A DNA stretch of 64,000 bases from Octopus sinensis (taxonomy: Eukaryota): NCBI RefSeq assembly GCF_006345805.1, contig NC_043001.1:20832001-20896000 (forward strand). Direction: 5' to 3'. The translations under genes and the position numbers were made by a program. Shown here in pieces: positions 50,078-62,293 of this stretch (within the stretch, counting starts at the first letter, position 1; the number at the start of each line of letters is the position of its first letter). The notes under the pieces were generated by a model. It did no database searches. It was not told the DNA's origin and was given only the letters and a program-made list of their open reading frames with translations.

Positions 50078-51788
50078 GGAGTGGTTGTGTGGTAAGTAAC
50101 TTGCTTACAAACCACATTGTTCTGGGTTCAGTCCCACTGTGTGGCACCTTGGGCAAGTGTCTTCTACTACAGCCTCGGGCCAACCAAAGCCTTGTGAGTT
50201 GATTTGGTAGACAGAAACTGAAAGAAGCCTGTCGTATATATGTATGTGTGTGTGTGTGTGTGTATGTGTGTGTGTGTCTTTGTGTGTGTGTGTGTGTGTG
50301 TGTTTGTGTGTCTGTGTTTGTCCCCTCAACAACACTTGACAACCGATGCTGGTGTGTTTACGTCCCCATAACTTGGCGGTTCAGCAAAAGAGACCGATAG
50401 AATAAGTACTAGGCTTACAAAGAATAAGTCCTGGAGTTGATTTGTTCGACTAAAAGGCAGTGCTTCAGCATGGCCACAGTCAAATGACTGAAACAAGTAA
50501 AAGAGTAAAGAGAGAGTACCCTCTTAATAAAAGGATGGACATACTGAATAACCTAGTCCTATATGTTATGTCAGAAGAAAAGAAAACATGAGATTGTCAG
50601 AACTGGAACGCATTTGTAACACATAGGTCTGCTGTTCTGCTGCATCAGAGCAGATTTAAGACTAAACAACAAATTGCTTCATCAAAAATAAGGCAAAACA
50701 AGGCAAAAGAAAGCAGGCAATAAAAAAGAAAAGGAAAAGAAACTGAGCCGAGAGAAGCAAGAAACAAGAGTGAATAAGACAATAAAACACATGAAGAATG
50801 GAAAACAAAATTCTGAGAAATGCATAAAATTTAGGGAAGAGATAAGAAAAAAGAAAGAATTGAAGAAATGTAAAGGGTTGAAAACTGGAACCCTTAAGAA
50901 AGAAATTATTTTTAAGCGAAGAAGAAAGAAAATAAACAGTCTTAAATTATTGCTCTCTCTGTCTATCTGTGTGTGTGTGTGTGTGTGTGTGTGTGCATGT
51001 GTGCATGTATGTGTGTGTGTGTGTATGTGTGTGTGCAGTTATATAATGAACCAAAAATCTGCTAATTAGAATTACTCTTTTATTCTTTTACTTGTTTCAG
51101 TCATTTGACTGTAGCCATGCTGGAGCACCACCTTTTTTAGTCAAGCAAATCGACCCCAGGACTTATTCTTTGTAAGCCTGGTTATGGGGACGTAAACACA
51201 CCAGCATCAGTTGTCAAGTGATGTTGGGGGAACAAACACAGACACACAAACATATACACACATACATGCATATATATATATACACATATATATGATGGGC
51301 TTCTTTCAGTTTCTGTTTACCAAATCCACTCGCAAGGCTTTGGTTGGCCCAAGGCTAAAGTAGAAGACATTTGCTCAAGGTGCCATGCAGTGGGACTGAA
51401 CCCAGGACCATGTGGTTCGTAAGCAAACTACTTACTACACAGCCTATTCTTTCATTCTTTTATTTGTTTCAGTCAAATGACTACGACCATGCTGGAGCAC
51501 TGCATTTTAGTTGAACAAATCAACACAAGGACTTATTCTTTGTAAGCCTAGTACTTATTCTATCAGTCTCTTTGCCAAACTGCTAAGTTATGGGGACGTA
51601 AACACACCAACATCGGTTGTCATGTGATGGTGGGGGGACAAACACAGACAAACAAATATATACGACAGGCTTCTTTCAGTTTCCGTCTCACAAGGCTTTG
51701 GTCAGCCCAAGGCTATAGTAGAAGACACTTGCTCAAGGTGCCACACAGTCAACTGAACCTGGGACCATGTGGTTGGTAAGCAAGCTAC
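50078..51788. mobile_element. Three SINE B copies (50078-50517 +, 51073-51445 -, 51447-51788 -)
   Basis: Match the family B consensus. Confidence 0.8.
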
Positions 51789-52164
51789 TTACCACACAGC
51801 CACTCCTGGTCAATATCTTTGTAATTTTGTAATTTTACTGACTTTGGACAGTAGGAATGCTGGATTAGGATATCCTCTTCAAGGTTTTTAGCCAATCATA
51901 TCAATCCAATATTTATTTGGGTTAGGTACATATTTTATATATTCGAGGGCATCCAGCAGTGGAAACCAAACCCAAATCAGACTGGAACTAAGTGCAGCTC
52001 TCCAGCTTCCAGCTCTGATCAAACCATCCAACCCAAGCCAGTGTGGATGATGGACAGTAAAGGATGATGATGATGAGTTGTTTCAGTTTTTCACATAAAG
52101 TGATGCAACTCGGCACACTCATTTATACTGATAAACATTAAATACAGAATTACATTGACAAAGA

Positions 52165-52560
52165 TACACACACACACACTCACATATACACACACATACA
52201 TACATACATACATACATAGAAACAAACATACATACACACATACATAATACATACAAACATACACACATACATGCATGCATACATACATACATACATACCT
52301 ATACATGCATGCATGCATACATACATACATATATACATACAAACACACATACATACGTACATACCTATACATACATAATACATACAAACCTATACATACA
52401 TACATACATACATACATACATACACATACCCACATACATACATACATACATACATACATACATACATACATACATACATACATACATACATACATTCATA
52501 CATACATACATACATACACACATACATACATACATACACATGCACATACATTCACACACA
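52165..52560. repeat. (CATA)n/(CA)n degenerate microsatellite
   Basis: Seen directly; source of the MYVC and HTYI ORFs. Confidence 0.95.
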
Positions 52561-52645
52561 GTTGGCATTAGGAAAGGCATCTGTAGAAATCATGCCAAAG
52601 TAGACATTGGAGCATAGAACCTGTCAGATCTTGTCAAACTGCCCA

Positions 52646-52694
<49 letters not shown>

Positions 52695-52878
52695 ATGACG
52701 ACGATGATGACAACAACAACGATGATGTACTTTATTTTGGTCAAGTCAATCTCTTGTTTGTTTTGTGAGTTTCACCTGTAGATGCACAGGATCTTCAGGT
52801 AAATCATAACTGAAAATTACTTTCCTGAAGACCCTGTGCACTCACAGATGAAACCTAGAGTAGTAAGAGACTGGTTAA

Positions 52879-53098
52879 CCCTTTTGTTACCATATTTCTG
52901 TTGAGATGCTCTCTGTTTCTTTCAATTACTTTAAATATAACAAAGAATTTAGTAAAATAACTTAGTTATCATTCAGCTAGTATTAGGAACATAAATTGTG
53001 ATTAAGGTTTGGTGGAAGATTTTAATTCAAAATTTATGAAAACAAGACATTTGTACTCAGAGCTAGGGCTGGTTTCAGCCGGGTTGGTAACAAAAGGG
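52879..53098. mobile_element. piggyBac-type MITE, 220 bp
   Basis: TTAA-CCCTTTTGTTACCA...TGGTAACAAAAGGG-TTAA. Confidence 0.9.
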
Positions 53099-53584
53099 TT
53101 AAACCAAGATAAAATATATTATTAATCTCCACTACACACCCAAGCACATGTATGTGTGTGTGTGTGTGAGTAGATATAGTCTGTCTTCAACTCACCCTCT
53201 CATCATTTGTCATTTTTCTTTGCCATTTCTTTTGTGAGGCCCAATATCCTGAGACCCTTCCTTCTTCTTTCTTTACTCCTCAGTTATCATCCAAATACAT
53301 CACATGTTTATGTCAATGCAGTCACCGCTCTTACACATAAGAACTTATTCCTCTCAGACCCAGTTTTTGTCTCAGTTCATCTGTACCATGTCACTCACGA
53401 ATATTAACATTTAAACAACACACATAGGAAAATGTTTGTTTGTTTCTTTCCAACCATTTCATATCCTCTGCATTCAATGTCTACATTCTGTCATGCAATT
53501 TCACACTTCATACACAAGCGAAATACCTTTCACTAAAAAAGAAAATCCCTTTCTATCTCAACTTTTTCTATCCTGCTCTTATTC

Positions 53585-54146
53585 TTTTCTACTCTAGGCA
53601 CAAGACCCGAAATTTTGGGGGAGAGGCCAGTCAATTAGATTGACTCCAGTATGCAAGTGGTACTTAATTTATCAACCCCGAAAGGATGAAAGGCAAAGTT
53701 GACCTCAGCAGAAATTGAACTCAGAATGTAAAGACAAAATACCTATTTCTTTATTACCCACAAGGGGCTAAACATAGAGAGGACAAACAAGGACAGACAA
53801 GCGGATCAAGTCGATTATATCGACCCCAGTGCGTAACTGGTACTTATTTAATCGACCCCGAAAGGATGAAAGGCAAAGTCAACCTCGGCAGAATTTTAAC
53901 TCAGAACATCATGGCAGACGAAATACCTATTTCTTTACTACCCACAAGAGGCTAAACACAGAGAGGACAAACGGCTCAAGTTGATTATATCGATCCCAGT
54001 ACATAACTGGTATTTATTTTATCGACCCAGAAAGGATGAAAGGCAAAGTCGACCGCAGTGGAATTTGAACTCAGAACATAACGGCAGACAAAATACCACT
54101 AAGCATTTCACCTGGTGTGCTTACATTTCTGCCAGCTTGCCGCCTT
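53585..54146 (-). mobile_element. SINE C trimer (self-nested)
   Basis: Three GGATGAAAGGCAAAGT units joined at AAATACC|TATTTCTTTA. Confidence 0.8.
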
Positions 54147-54524
54147 CCACCCTGTTCTTATTGTAACTCTAATGCATTTATAATGTGTTTGATTTTTAAC
54201 ATCACAGTGAGCAGAATTAAAGTGAACTCTGACAAAATATTTTTTTAAATTTGCAACTTACTGTCACACACACACTCACACACACATATTATTTATCCAT
54301 GTTCCAGATTGATTTTATAACCAAATATGATGAATATTATTTTTTTAACATATCAATGGCAATCCCATATAACACTGGAAGCAGAAACAGCTGTTAGACG
54401 GAATGCAGTCTATTTGTATTGAATTAAAAAATAATAATTGATGTAAGTCAATTGTTGCTGATCAATAGTTCTCCATTTTCTGCTTACTTTATATGTGTGT
54501 GTGTGTGTGTGTACATATCTTATA

Positions 54525-56020
54525 TCTTTTACTGGTTTCTGTCATTAGACTGTGGCCATGCTGGGGCATCACCTTGAGGAATTTAAGTTGAACAAATCAG
54601 TCCCAGTGCTGTAAGCCTGGTACTTATTCTATCAGTTCCTTTGCCAAACTGCTAAGTTACAGGGACATAAACACATCAACATCCATTGTCAAGCGATGGT
54701 GGAGGACAATAACAGACACAACCATATAGACACATATAGACACATATAAGGCAGCGAGCTGGCAGAAACATTAGCATGCCAGGCGAAATGTTTAGCAGTA
54801 TTTCCTCTGCTGTTACATTCTGAGTTCAAATTCCACCAAGGTTGACTTTGCCTTTCATCCTTTCAGGGTCAATTAAATAAGTACCAGTTATGCACTGGAG
54901 TCAATATAATCGACTTAATCCGTTTGTCTGTCCTTGTTTGTCCTCTCTGTGTATAGCCTCTTGTGGGCAGTAAAGAAATAACAAACATATAGATACATAT
55001 ATATGTGCATATATATATATATATACGACGGGCTTCTTTCAGTTTCCATCTACCAAACCCATTCACAAGGCTTTGGTCAACCCAAGACTATAGTAGAAAA
55101 CAATTGCCCAATGTGCCACACGGTGGGATTGAACCAGGAACCATGTTGGGAAGCAAACTTCTTACCACACAGCGACAGTTGTGCCTATTAAAAATAAATA
55201 AGAAATAATTGTAAGCATATGTATTAGGGTTTATTTTTAATGGGTCTGGTTTAGAGAAAAGGCGCATAAGTGGCCCTCACTGGGCCTATGAGAGAAGAGA
55301 GATCAACGTGGTTGATGGCCTGCTTGAATAACTGCAGGAAAAAACATAGCAAGGGAGGGAACTTCAGAGTGTTAACATTCTGGAGAGGAAGAAATAGGTG
55401 AAATAATGAGTACACGTAATGTGTGTATGACAAGAGGCAGAAAGAAAGAAAGAGAGAAGAGAAAGGAAAAGAGAGAGAGAAGTGAGTAAAGTAGTTTTAA
55501 GAGGAGGCTACTGTAGCAGAAGTGAAAAAGACAGAATAAAGTGAGTTTGTCTGTGAGTGAAATGTTGGAGAAATGTTGGTAAGCAGCACCATGCCAATTA
55601 GACAAATAGTCTCAAGGTGGTGAGCAAGCAGCAACGTTAGCACACCGGGCGAAATGCTTAGCGGTATTTCGTCTGCAGGTACGCTCTGAGTTCAAATTCC
55701 GCCGAGGTCGACTTTGCCTTTCATCCTTTTGGGGTTGATTAAATAAGTACCAGTTATGCACTGGGGTCGATATAATCAACTTAATCTGTTTGTCTGTTCT
55801 TGTTTGTTCTCTCTGTGTTTAGCCCTTTGTGAGTAGTAAAGAAATGGGTATTTCGTCTGCCGCTGCGTTCTGAGTTCAAATTCTGCCACGGTCGACTTAG
55901 CCTTTCGTCCTTTCAGGATTGATAAATTAAGTACCAGTTACGCACTGAGGTCGATATAATCGACTTAATCCCTTTGTTTGTCCCCTCTATGTTCAGCCCC
56001 TTGTGGGCAATAAAGAAATA
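54525..56020. mobile_element. Minus-strand SINE B split by a SINE C (54749-54980), plus a SINE C dimer (55615-56020)
   Basis: Consensus matches. Confidence 0.75.
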
Positions 56021-56235
56021 AGAAACAAGAAACTGAAAGAAGCCTGTCTGTTTGTGTTTGTCTCCCACTACCAATTGACAACTGGTGTTGGTGTGCTTAC
56101 ATCCCCATAACTTAGTGGTTCAGCAAACTGGACTGATATAATAAATATCAGGCTTTAAAAAATAAGTACTAAGGTTGATTCATTATTTACATTATTTACA
56201 TCTGACGGATATTTGTCCTCATCTTGTTTGTTGTT

Positions 56236-56282
56236 AACACAATGTTTCGGCTGATATACCCCTCCAGCCTTCATTAAGTGTC
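56236..56282 (-). ncRNA. Degenerate type-I hammerhead ribozyme motif
   Basis: GACAC-TTAATGA-A-GGCTG(GAGGGGTATAT)CAGCC-GAAA-CATT-GTGTT. Confidence 0.55.
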
Positions 56283-56334
56283 TTGGGGAAATTTCGAACC
56301 TGGGTTCTCATTCCGAAGGTATTTTTCGATGTTA

Positions 56335-56373
<39 letters not shown>

Positions 56374-56863
56374 TCGCTGGGCATATGGCATAGTGGTTAA
56401 GAGCGCGGGCTACTAACCCAAAGGTTCTGACTTCGATTCCAGATAGCGACCTGAATAATAATAATAATAATAATCTCTTATATAAAATCCGTTCTGTCTG
56501 TCTCTGTGTGTGGCTTCTAGGATCCCGGGCATCCTCCATCCAATTGCGCTCAAATTTGATATTTAGATATCAACGATACCAGGGCGTGTATAAGTCTTGA
56601 GAAAATTACAAAAATCGATTCCAGGTGAGAATGCGATCGATAAAGCTGTAGGAAATCGTTTTTCTTTGGAATAGAAAAAAGTCTATCTTTATTTCTGCTT
56701 TTGCTGGTGTCTCAAATTTAGGTTAAATCAGTGTTTCTCAAAGGGGAGGCCTATGGGACAGTCGGACAAGTTGTTTTGAGAAAATTTGGCTTAAATGTTT
56801 GACAACTCAGCACCATCCATTGGATAGGAGGATGTTTTGCTCGTAATAATAATAATAATAATA

Positions 56864-56905
<42 letters not shown>

Positions 56906-56958
56906 CAACATCGAAAAATACCTTAGGAATGAGAACCCAGGTTCGAAATTTCCCCCAA

Positions 56959-57004
56959 GACACCTGGTGAAGGATGGAGTGCATATCAGTCGAAATGTTC
57001 TGTT
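56959..57004 (+). ncRNA. Degenerate type-I hammerhead ribozyme motif
   Basis: GACAC-CTGGTGA-A-GGATG(GAGTGCATAT)CAGTC-GAAA-TGTT-CTGTT. Confidence 0.5.
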
Positions 57005-57364
57005 AACAACAAACAAGATGAGGACAAATATCTATCAAATGTAAATAATGTACATAATTCCTCATCTCTTAAATATAGAACTGAGGTTGATTCGTTTGAC
57101 TAAAATTCTTTAAGATGGTGCTCTAGCATGGCCACAGTCTAATGACTGAAACAAGTAAAAGATATCCCAAGTTTAGTTCTTGGCAACCAGAAATCTAACA
57201 CTCTGCAAGTTTCAGATTTTTTTTTTTTTGGATCTTCATCAGAGTTTTCTTAACTCACTACATTGATATAAAGAGAAAAGTAGCTCCATAGAAAATGCTA
57301 TGTAATTGCATGTGACTAAATGTGTTTGGAAGGAGTTATAAGGTTGACTCTAATAACATATAAT

Positions 57365-58055
57365 CTTTTACTTGCTTCAGTCACTTGACTGTGGCCATGT
57401 GGGAGCACCACATTTAGTCGAGCAACTCGACCCCAGGACTTATTCTTTGTAAGCCTAGTACTTATTCTATTGGTCTCTGTTGCCGAACCGCTAAGTTATG
57501 GGGATGTAAACACACCAACAACGGTTGTCAAGTGATGGTGGGGTGACAAACACAGACACACAAACATACACACACACACATACATATATCATCATCGTTT
57601 AGCGTCCGCTTTCAATGCTAGCATGGGACACACACACATACATATATATATATAATTAATAAATATAAGGGTAGCAAAAAATTCTCGAAAAAATTCTCCG
57701 CTACCAGCGGTCCAGTGAGAAAGAAAAGATAGTCAAAGACTATATAATATACATTCAAAAATATAAGGAATGGCCATAATAGGACATTCGACTCACTAGA
57801 AAGAGCAGCCAAACTCAAACCGCTAATAGTTGTAATTCTGAAATTGAAAGAGAAATATATATGTATTATCATTACATATATATATATATATATATATACA
57901 TATAAATGATGGGCTTCTTTCAGTTTCCAGCTACCAAATCTACTCACAAGGCTTTGGTCGGCCCGAGGCTATAGTAGAAGACACTTGCCTAAGGTGCCAC
58001 GCAGTGGGACTGAACCCAGAACTATGTGGTTCATAATCAAGCTACTTACCACACA
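57365..58055 (-). mobile_element. SINE B copy with inserts in its (TA)n
   Basis: Family B consensus flanks an unclassified ~220-bp insert (57655-57875) and a short family D tail. Confidence 0.7.
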
Positions 58056-59251
58056 AATGAAATGTAAAGAAAAACTAAGCAGAATCCATGTGCAGAAAGG
58101 TAAAACTAAATTATTTAGACTAATGCTTTTCAATTTCTGCTAGCTCTTAGACATAAATGGTGTTGCTAATTACCTGGGAATGTTATAATTTCATCAGGTT
58201 CAGCTGAGAAATAAGCTTAAAGTAAAAATGCAAAGAAACTGGATTAACAAAGTGAGGCTCTTCATAGCAACTAAATCTGCTAGAAACAGCAAGCAAATCT
58301 TCTTCAGGTCACAGATCCTTCAGCTTAAAAAGTGGAATATACATATTCTGATCAATAAGTATCCGGACTGTTGCCATAGTAATGAAGCACACAGAGTAAA
58401 GCCATTTGGCACAGAATAACCTTGAACTCTGTTGTGAATGCACACTAAGTTTTAATGTTCTAACTCACTTCTGCTATTTACAGCAGCGCTTAAAAATAAT
58501 AATGAAATTATTGTATACAGTGCTCAGGGGCATCACAACTTGTCAAAAGTGCGTATAAAGCATATGCAGTAATGTACAAATGTCTGGGGAGTGAACAGTG
58601 TATGAATCAGATACATGCTTGCGTGTGTATGGAGGGGAGAAAATCAGGTGTAGTGTTGGCGAATCTCAGGAAGCATGGAAGTTTTGAAGGATAAGTATCA
58701 TATGTATAAGCAAAATCATTAACATACCCCTTCAAAGACAGATAAATCATATTTTAATAATTGAATACTAGTACAAATGGCATGGTAAAATCCACCCAGA
58801 ACCTCCTTTAAAGTGGAAGGAGAGGGACCTGGTTGTTAAAATAACCATCAAAAAGGCGCATTTTGGCTCTTTTGCTATACAGGCAGGTGACAAGGGATTT
58901 TGACAAGTGATAAAATCCACCTAACCCATGCCTATATGGAAATATAGACATAAAACGATTATGGAACAAGTCTACTATAATTTAATTATAGTATTAAAGG
59001 TCTATTATAATTTTTACCTAACTTCGTTGTTCAAAAATGTGATATTTTCTCAAATAGTATTACTCTTTTCCTTCTTTAAGTTCAATTTACATGCAACAAG
59101 TTTACAGAAATTTGTTTTTTGGTTCTTTTTAATACATAACTTTCTTTTTTCTTTTGGTAACCCCTGGTTTTTATATTATTACTTACACTTAGAGTGGAGC
59201 TTTTTTTTTTTTTTTTTTTCAAATTGAGCAGAAAACTCATAAGCAATTAAA

Positions 59252-59615
59252 TCTATTTATATAAAGCTGAAGTTGTCTGTGTATGGCAGGTTTGGTAACC
59301 TTTAACTAACACTATCTCCTCCAAGACCCTGCGGCACAAGTTGACCAAAATTGAGAGTATGATAGAAGAAGGCTTGCTCTCAGACCATGTTAACACCAAA
59401 AATTATTTACATCAAAAAGGTGCTTTTTTTCTATGAAAATCCCTATTTTTTACGATTTTTTTACCTGCTGTGTCACCATTTTTCGGTGTATTTCAACCAG
59501 AAGAATGTTCACTTAAAGAGAATAACATGCTACATAATGCAAAATTTTTGCTTTTCAAAAATTCCAATTCTAAAGGGTCGAAACAAACCCGAGCAACGCC
59601 GGGCGATACTGCTAG
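59252..59615 (+). mobile_element. Non-autonomous Helitron (second subfamily)
   Basis: A|TCTATTTATATAAAG...ACAAACCCGAGCAACGCCGGGCGATACTGCTAG|T. Confidence 0.85.
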
Positions 59616-59936
59616 TATTGGATAATTGTGAAGCTACTTTAAAACAGAGTTAACACAAGGGAAGTAACTAGGATTTCTTTAACACGTGTAGTTATTCGAG
59701 AATGGACATTTCAAGTTTAGATAACCCAATATTGACTAAGTTAATAATAAAAACTAATATTTCATTTAAATCCACATGAGTGTATGATAGCACTTAAGTA
59801 AAGTCCCGCATTTCGAACAGCTTTTAGCAAAAACCATTGTCTTTCGTTACGAGAAAATAAATTGACGCTATTACGTTTGTGTATTTGGTTGGCAAGGCAA
59901 CTGGTATGAAATCGTGTATTGAAACAGATGCTATAT

Positions 59937-60486
59937 CAGTGGTTTTCAACTAGGGTTCCGCCAGTACAGTCCAGGGGTTCCGCAAGAAGTTACAAAACTG
60001 CTAAAATCGGCAGTAATTTTTAATTCTCCTGTGCAGATATAATAATAATGAAATTATTGTATACAGTGCTCAGGTGCACCACAACTTGTCAGAAAGTGCA
60101 TATAAAGTACATGCAGTAATGTAGAAATGTCTGGAAAGCGAACAATGTATGAGTTAGATACATGCTTGTGTGTGTATGGAGGGGAGAAAATCAAGTGTAG
60201 TGTTGACGAACCTCAGGAAGCATGGAAGTTTTGAAGGATGCAGCGCTCCGACAACCAACAACTGATGCTGGCAGTTTGTTCTATGCTTCAGCAACTCGCA
60301 TGGAAAAAACTGCCGGCATCAGTTGTTGGTTGTCGGAGCGCTGCATCCTTCAAAACTTCCATGCTTCCTGAGGTTCGCCAACACTATATGTGTGCATAAG
60401 ACTATTAAATTATTGCACAGGGGTTCCTCGAGCCAGTGGAATGTTTCCTTGGGGTTCCGCTCCAGCAAAAAGTTTGAAAAGCACTG
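59937..60486. mobile_element. hAT (Buster/Charlie-type) MITE containing a CR1 3' fragment
   Basis: TIR CAGTGGTTTTCAA / TTGAAAAGCACTG; 8-bp TSD TGCTATAT / TACTATAT with central TA; CR1 tail at 60041-60386. Confidence 0.8.
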
Positions 60487-60994
60487 TACTATATATTTAG
60501 GGATGGTCATATTTTTTTACTAGTTAACCACACGCACTATATACTTGGTATTGCCATTATTTTTATTTCAGTGTCTTTTGTCCGAAATCTTTCGTCACAC
60601 GTCCAGTGACCTCTGACCTCTTCAACGACTGTCCATGCTACGTGTTTCCTCCTGTTCTGTTTCGTCCATTTTGTCAGAATCGACAATAGATAGGATAAAA
60701 TAGTAAAATAATAATAATAATAATACCCCAACAACTCATCCAGTGAATCTCTTAAACTATCACAAATTGTTGAAATATAAAGCACTATCTAAATTAAAAG
60801 GCTGTCAAAATTTAGTATGCACGTTTCTATAATCATCCATGTATGCAAAACATTATCAACTTAGCAAAGTTTTTCCTGCTAGGTTACTCAGTCTGCTAGA
60901 AATATCAACCAAATCTCGCTCAAATCACACTCTACTGCCTGAGAAAAAAATAACCTTTTTAAAAATCAATCCTAAAAGACATTATACTTTATAA

Positions 60995-61253
60995 ATAAAA
61001 ATAAATGCGCCCTTTTAAAGCCTAGCCAGGCTCATGGGCCCGGTTTCCCGGTTTCAATGGCGTATGTGTTCCCCAGCTGGACAGGACACCAGTTCATCGC
61101 AGCTTTGCTCATTTTTGCCAGCTGAGTGGACTGGAGCAACATGAAATGAAGTGATTTGCTCAAGAACATAACGTGTCGTTTGGTCTAGGAATCGAAACCA
61201 CAATCTTACCATCATGATGCTGACACCCTAACCACTAAGCCACGTGCCTCCAC
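60995..61253 (-). mobile_element. tRNA-headed SINE A copy
   Basis: Reverse complement of 27193-27450. Confidence 0.85.
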
Positions 61254-62293
61254 TATATTTTATAAAATGTAGGTAAATCCTAGCTGGAAAATCTGTCAAT
61301 GTACACATGTTGATTAGGGCTGAGAAAACAAAAATAATAGCTTTTTATTTTTCTTGATTATTTGAGTTCTTTGAAATGTCAAAAATTTGAAGAAACCTGA
61401 GAAATAATCATAGGATTTTTTTCTTTTTTGCACATATATATGATCATCATCATCGTTTAACGTCCATTTTCCATGCTAGCATGGGTTGGATGGTGTATGG
61501 GTTATGAGGTAAAAAGTTTGCTTCCTAACCACAAAGTCTTGAGCAAGTGTCTTCTACTATAGCCCTGGGCTGACCAAAGACCAAATCCTTGTGAATGGAT
61601 TTAATAGATGAAAACTGAAAGCTCATCATGTGTATGTGTATGTGAGTATGTGTGTGTGCATATGTGTGTGTGTGTTTCTGAGTTTTAGTTAAGTTCTTCT
61701 GAAGAGAGTTCAAGCTGGTCACAAACAAAATGGCAAGACTTTTGATTTGAGCTTACCCAGTGTTTGTAAATATTGGTCAAGTTGGTGTGCTGGTTGAGCT
61801 GTTGGTGCACACACCCAAATGTGTGTATCCTATTCACCTAAAGAATCTCAGATGGAGAATTTTCAGAATGTCGCACAAATGGATTGGATTTGGAGAATTC
61901 ACGTCAGTTCTTTTTTTTTTTACTTTCTTCAAAAACTTAGTATTTCTAATTTCGTTTTTGGATTTGGTTCGCAAGATTTTTTATATGAGTTCGTGTGTTG
62001 ATGCATATTCTGTTGTGTCTGGGGAGAGTCATTTTCTTTTTGTGCCTTATAATGTAACACACTCACCGGTAAAATTTCCACTTTTTTCTTATTTTTATTT
62101 TCCTAAAATTTTCGTTGCGTCTTGCAACCTTTTCTCTCTTTAGGGAAATAAAAATAAGAAAAAAGTGGAAATTTTACAGGTGAGTGTGTTAGATTATTAG
62201 TATTTCTAGGTTTTTGTGTAAATTTATAGGTATGGACCTTATGCATCATGTTGTTTATATCATATCCAGATTTGGGTGGACAGTGTTTTTTTT

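Larger units (their letters stand above)
56182..57079 (+). mobile_element. tRNA-headed, hammerhead-bearing SINE with an inverted partial copy at its 5' end
   Basis: Inverted copy 56182-56378; head 56379-56460 with A box TGGCATAGTGG and B-box-like TTCGATTCC; (AAT)n split by a secondary insert 56474-56843; 3' part 56844-57079. TSD ACT(A/G)AGGTTGATTC inside a SINE B tail. Confidence 0.75.

Noticed and set aside
56379-56450. Possible tRNA gene (also heads at 13580, 27195, 39815, 40066)
   Set aside because: A/B boxes and an anticodon-like arm are present, but there is no complete acceptor stem and each continues into a repeat body, so these are SINE heads.
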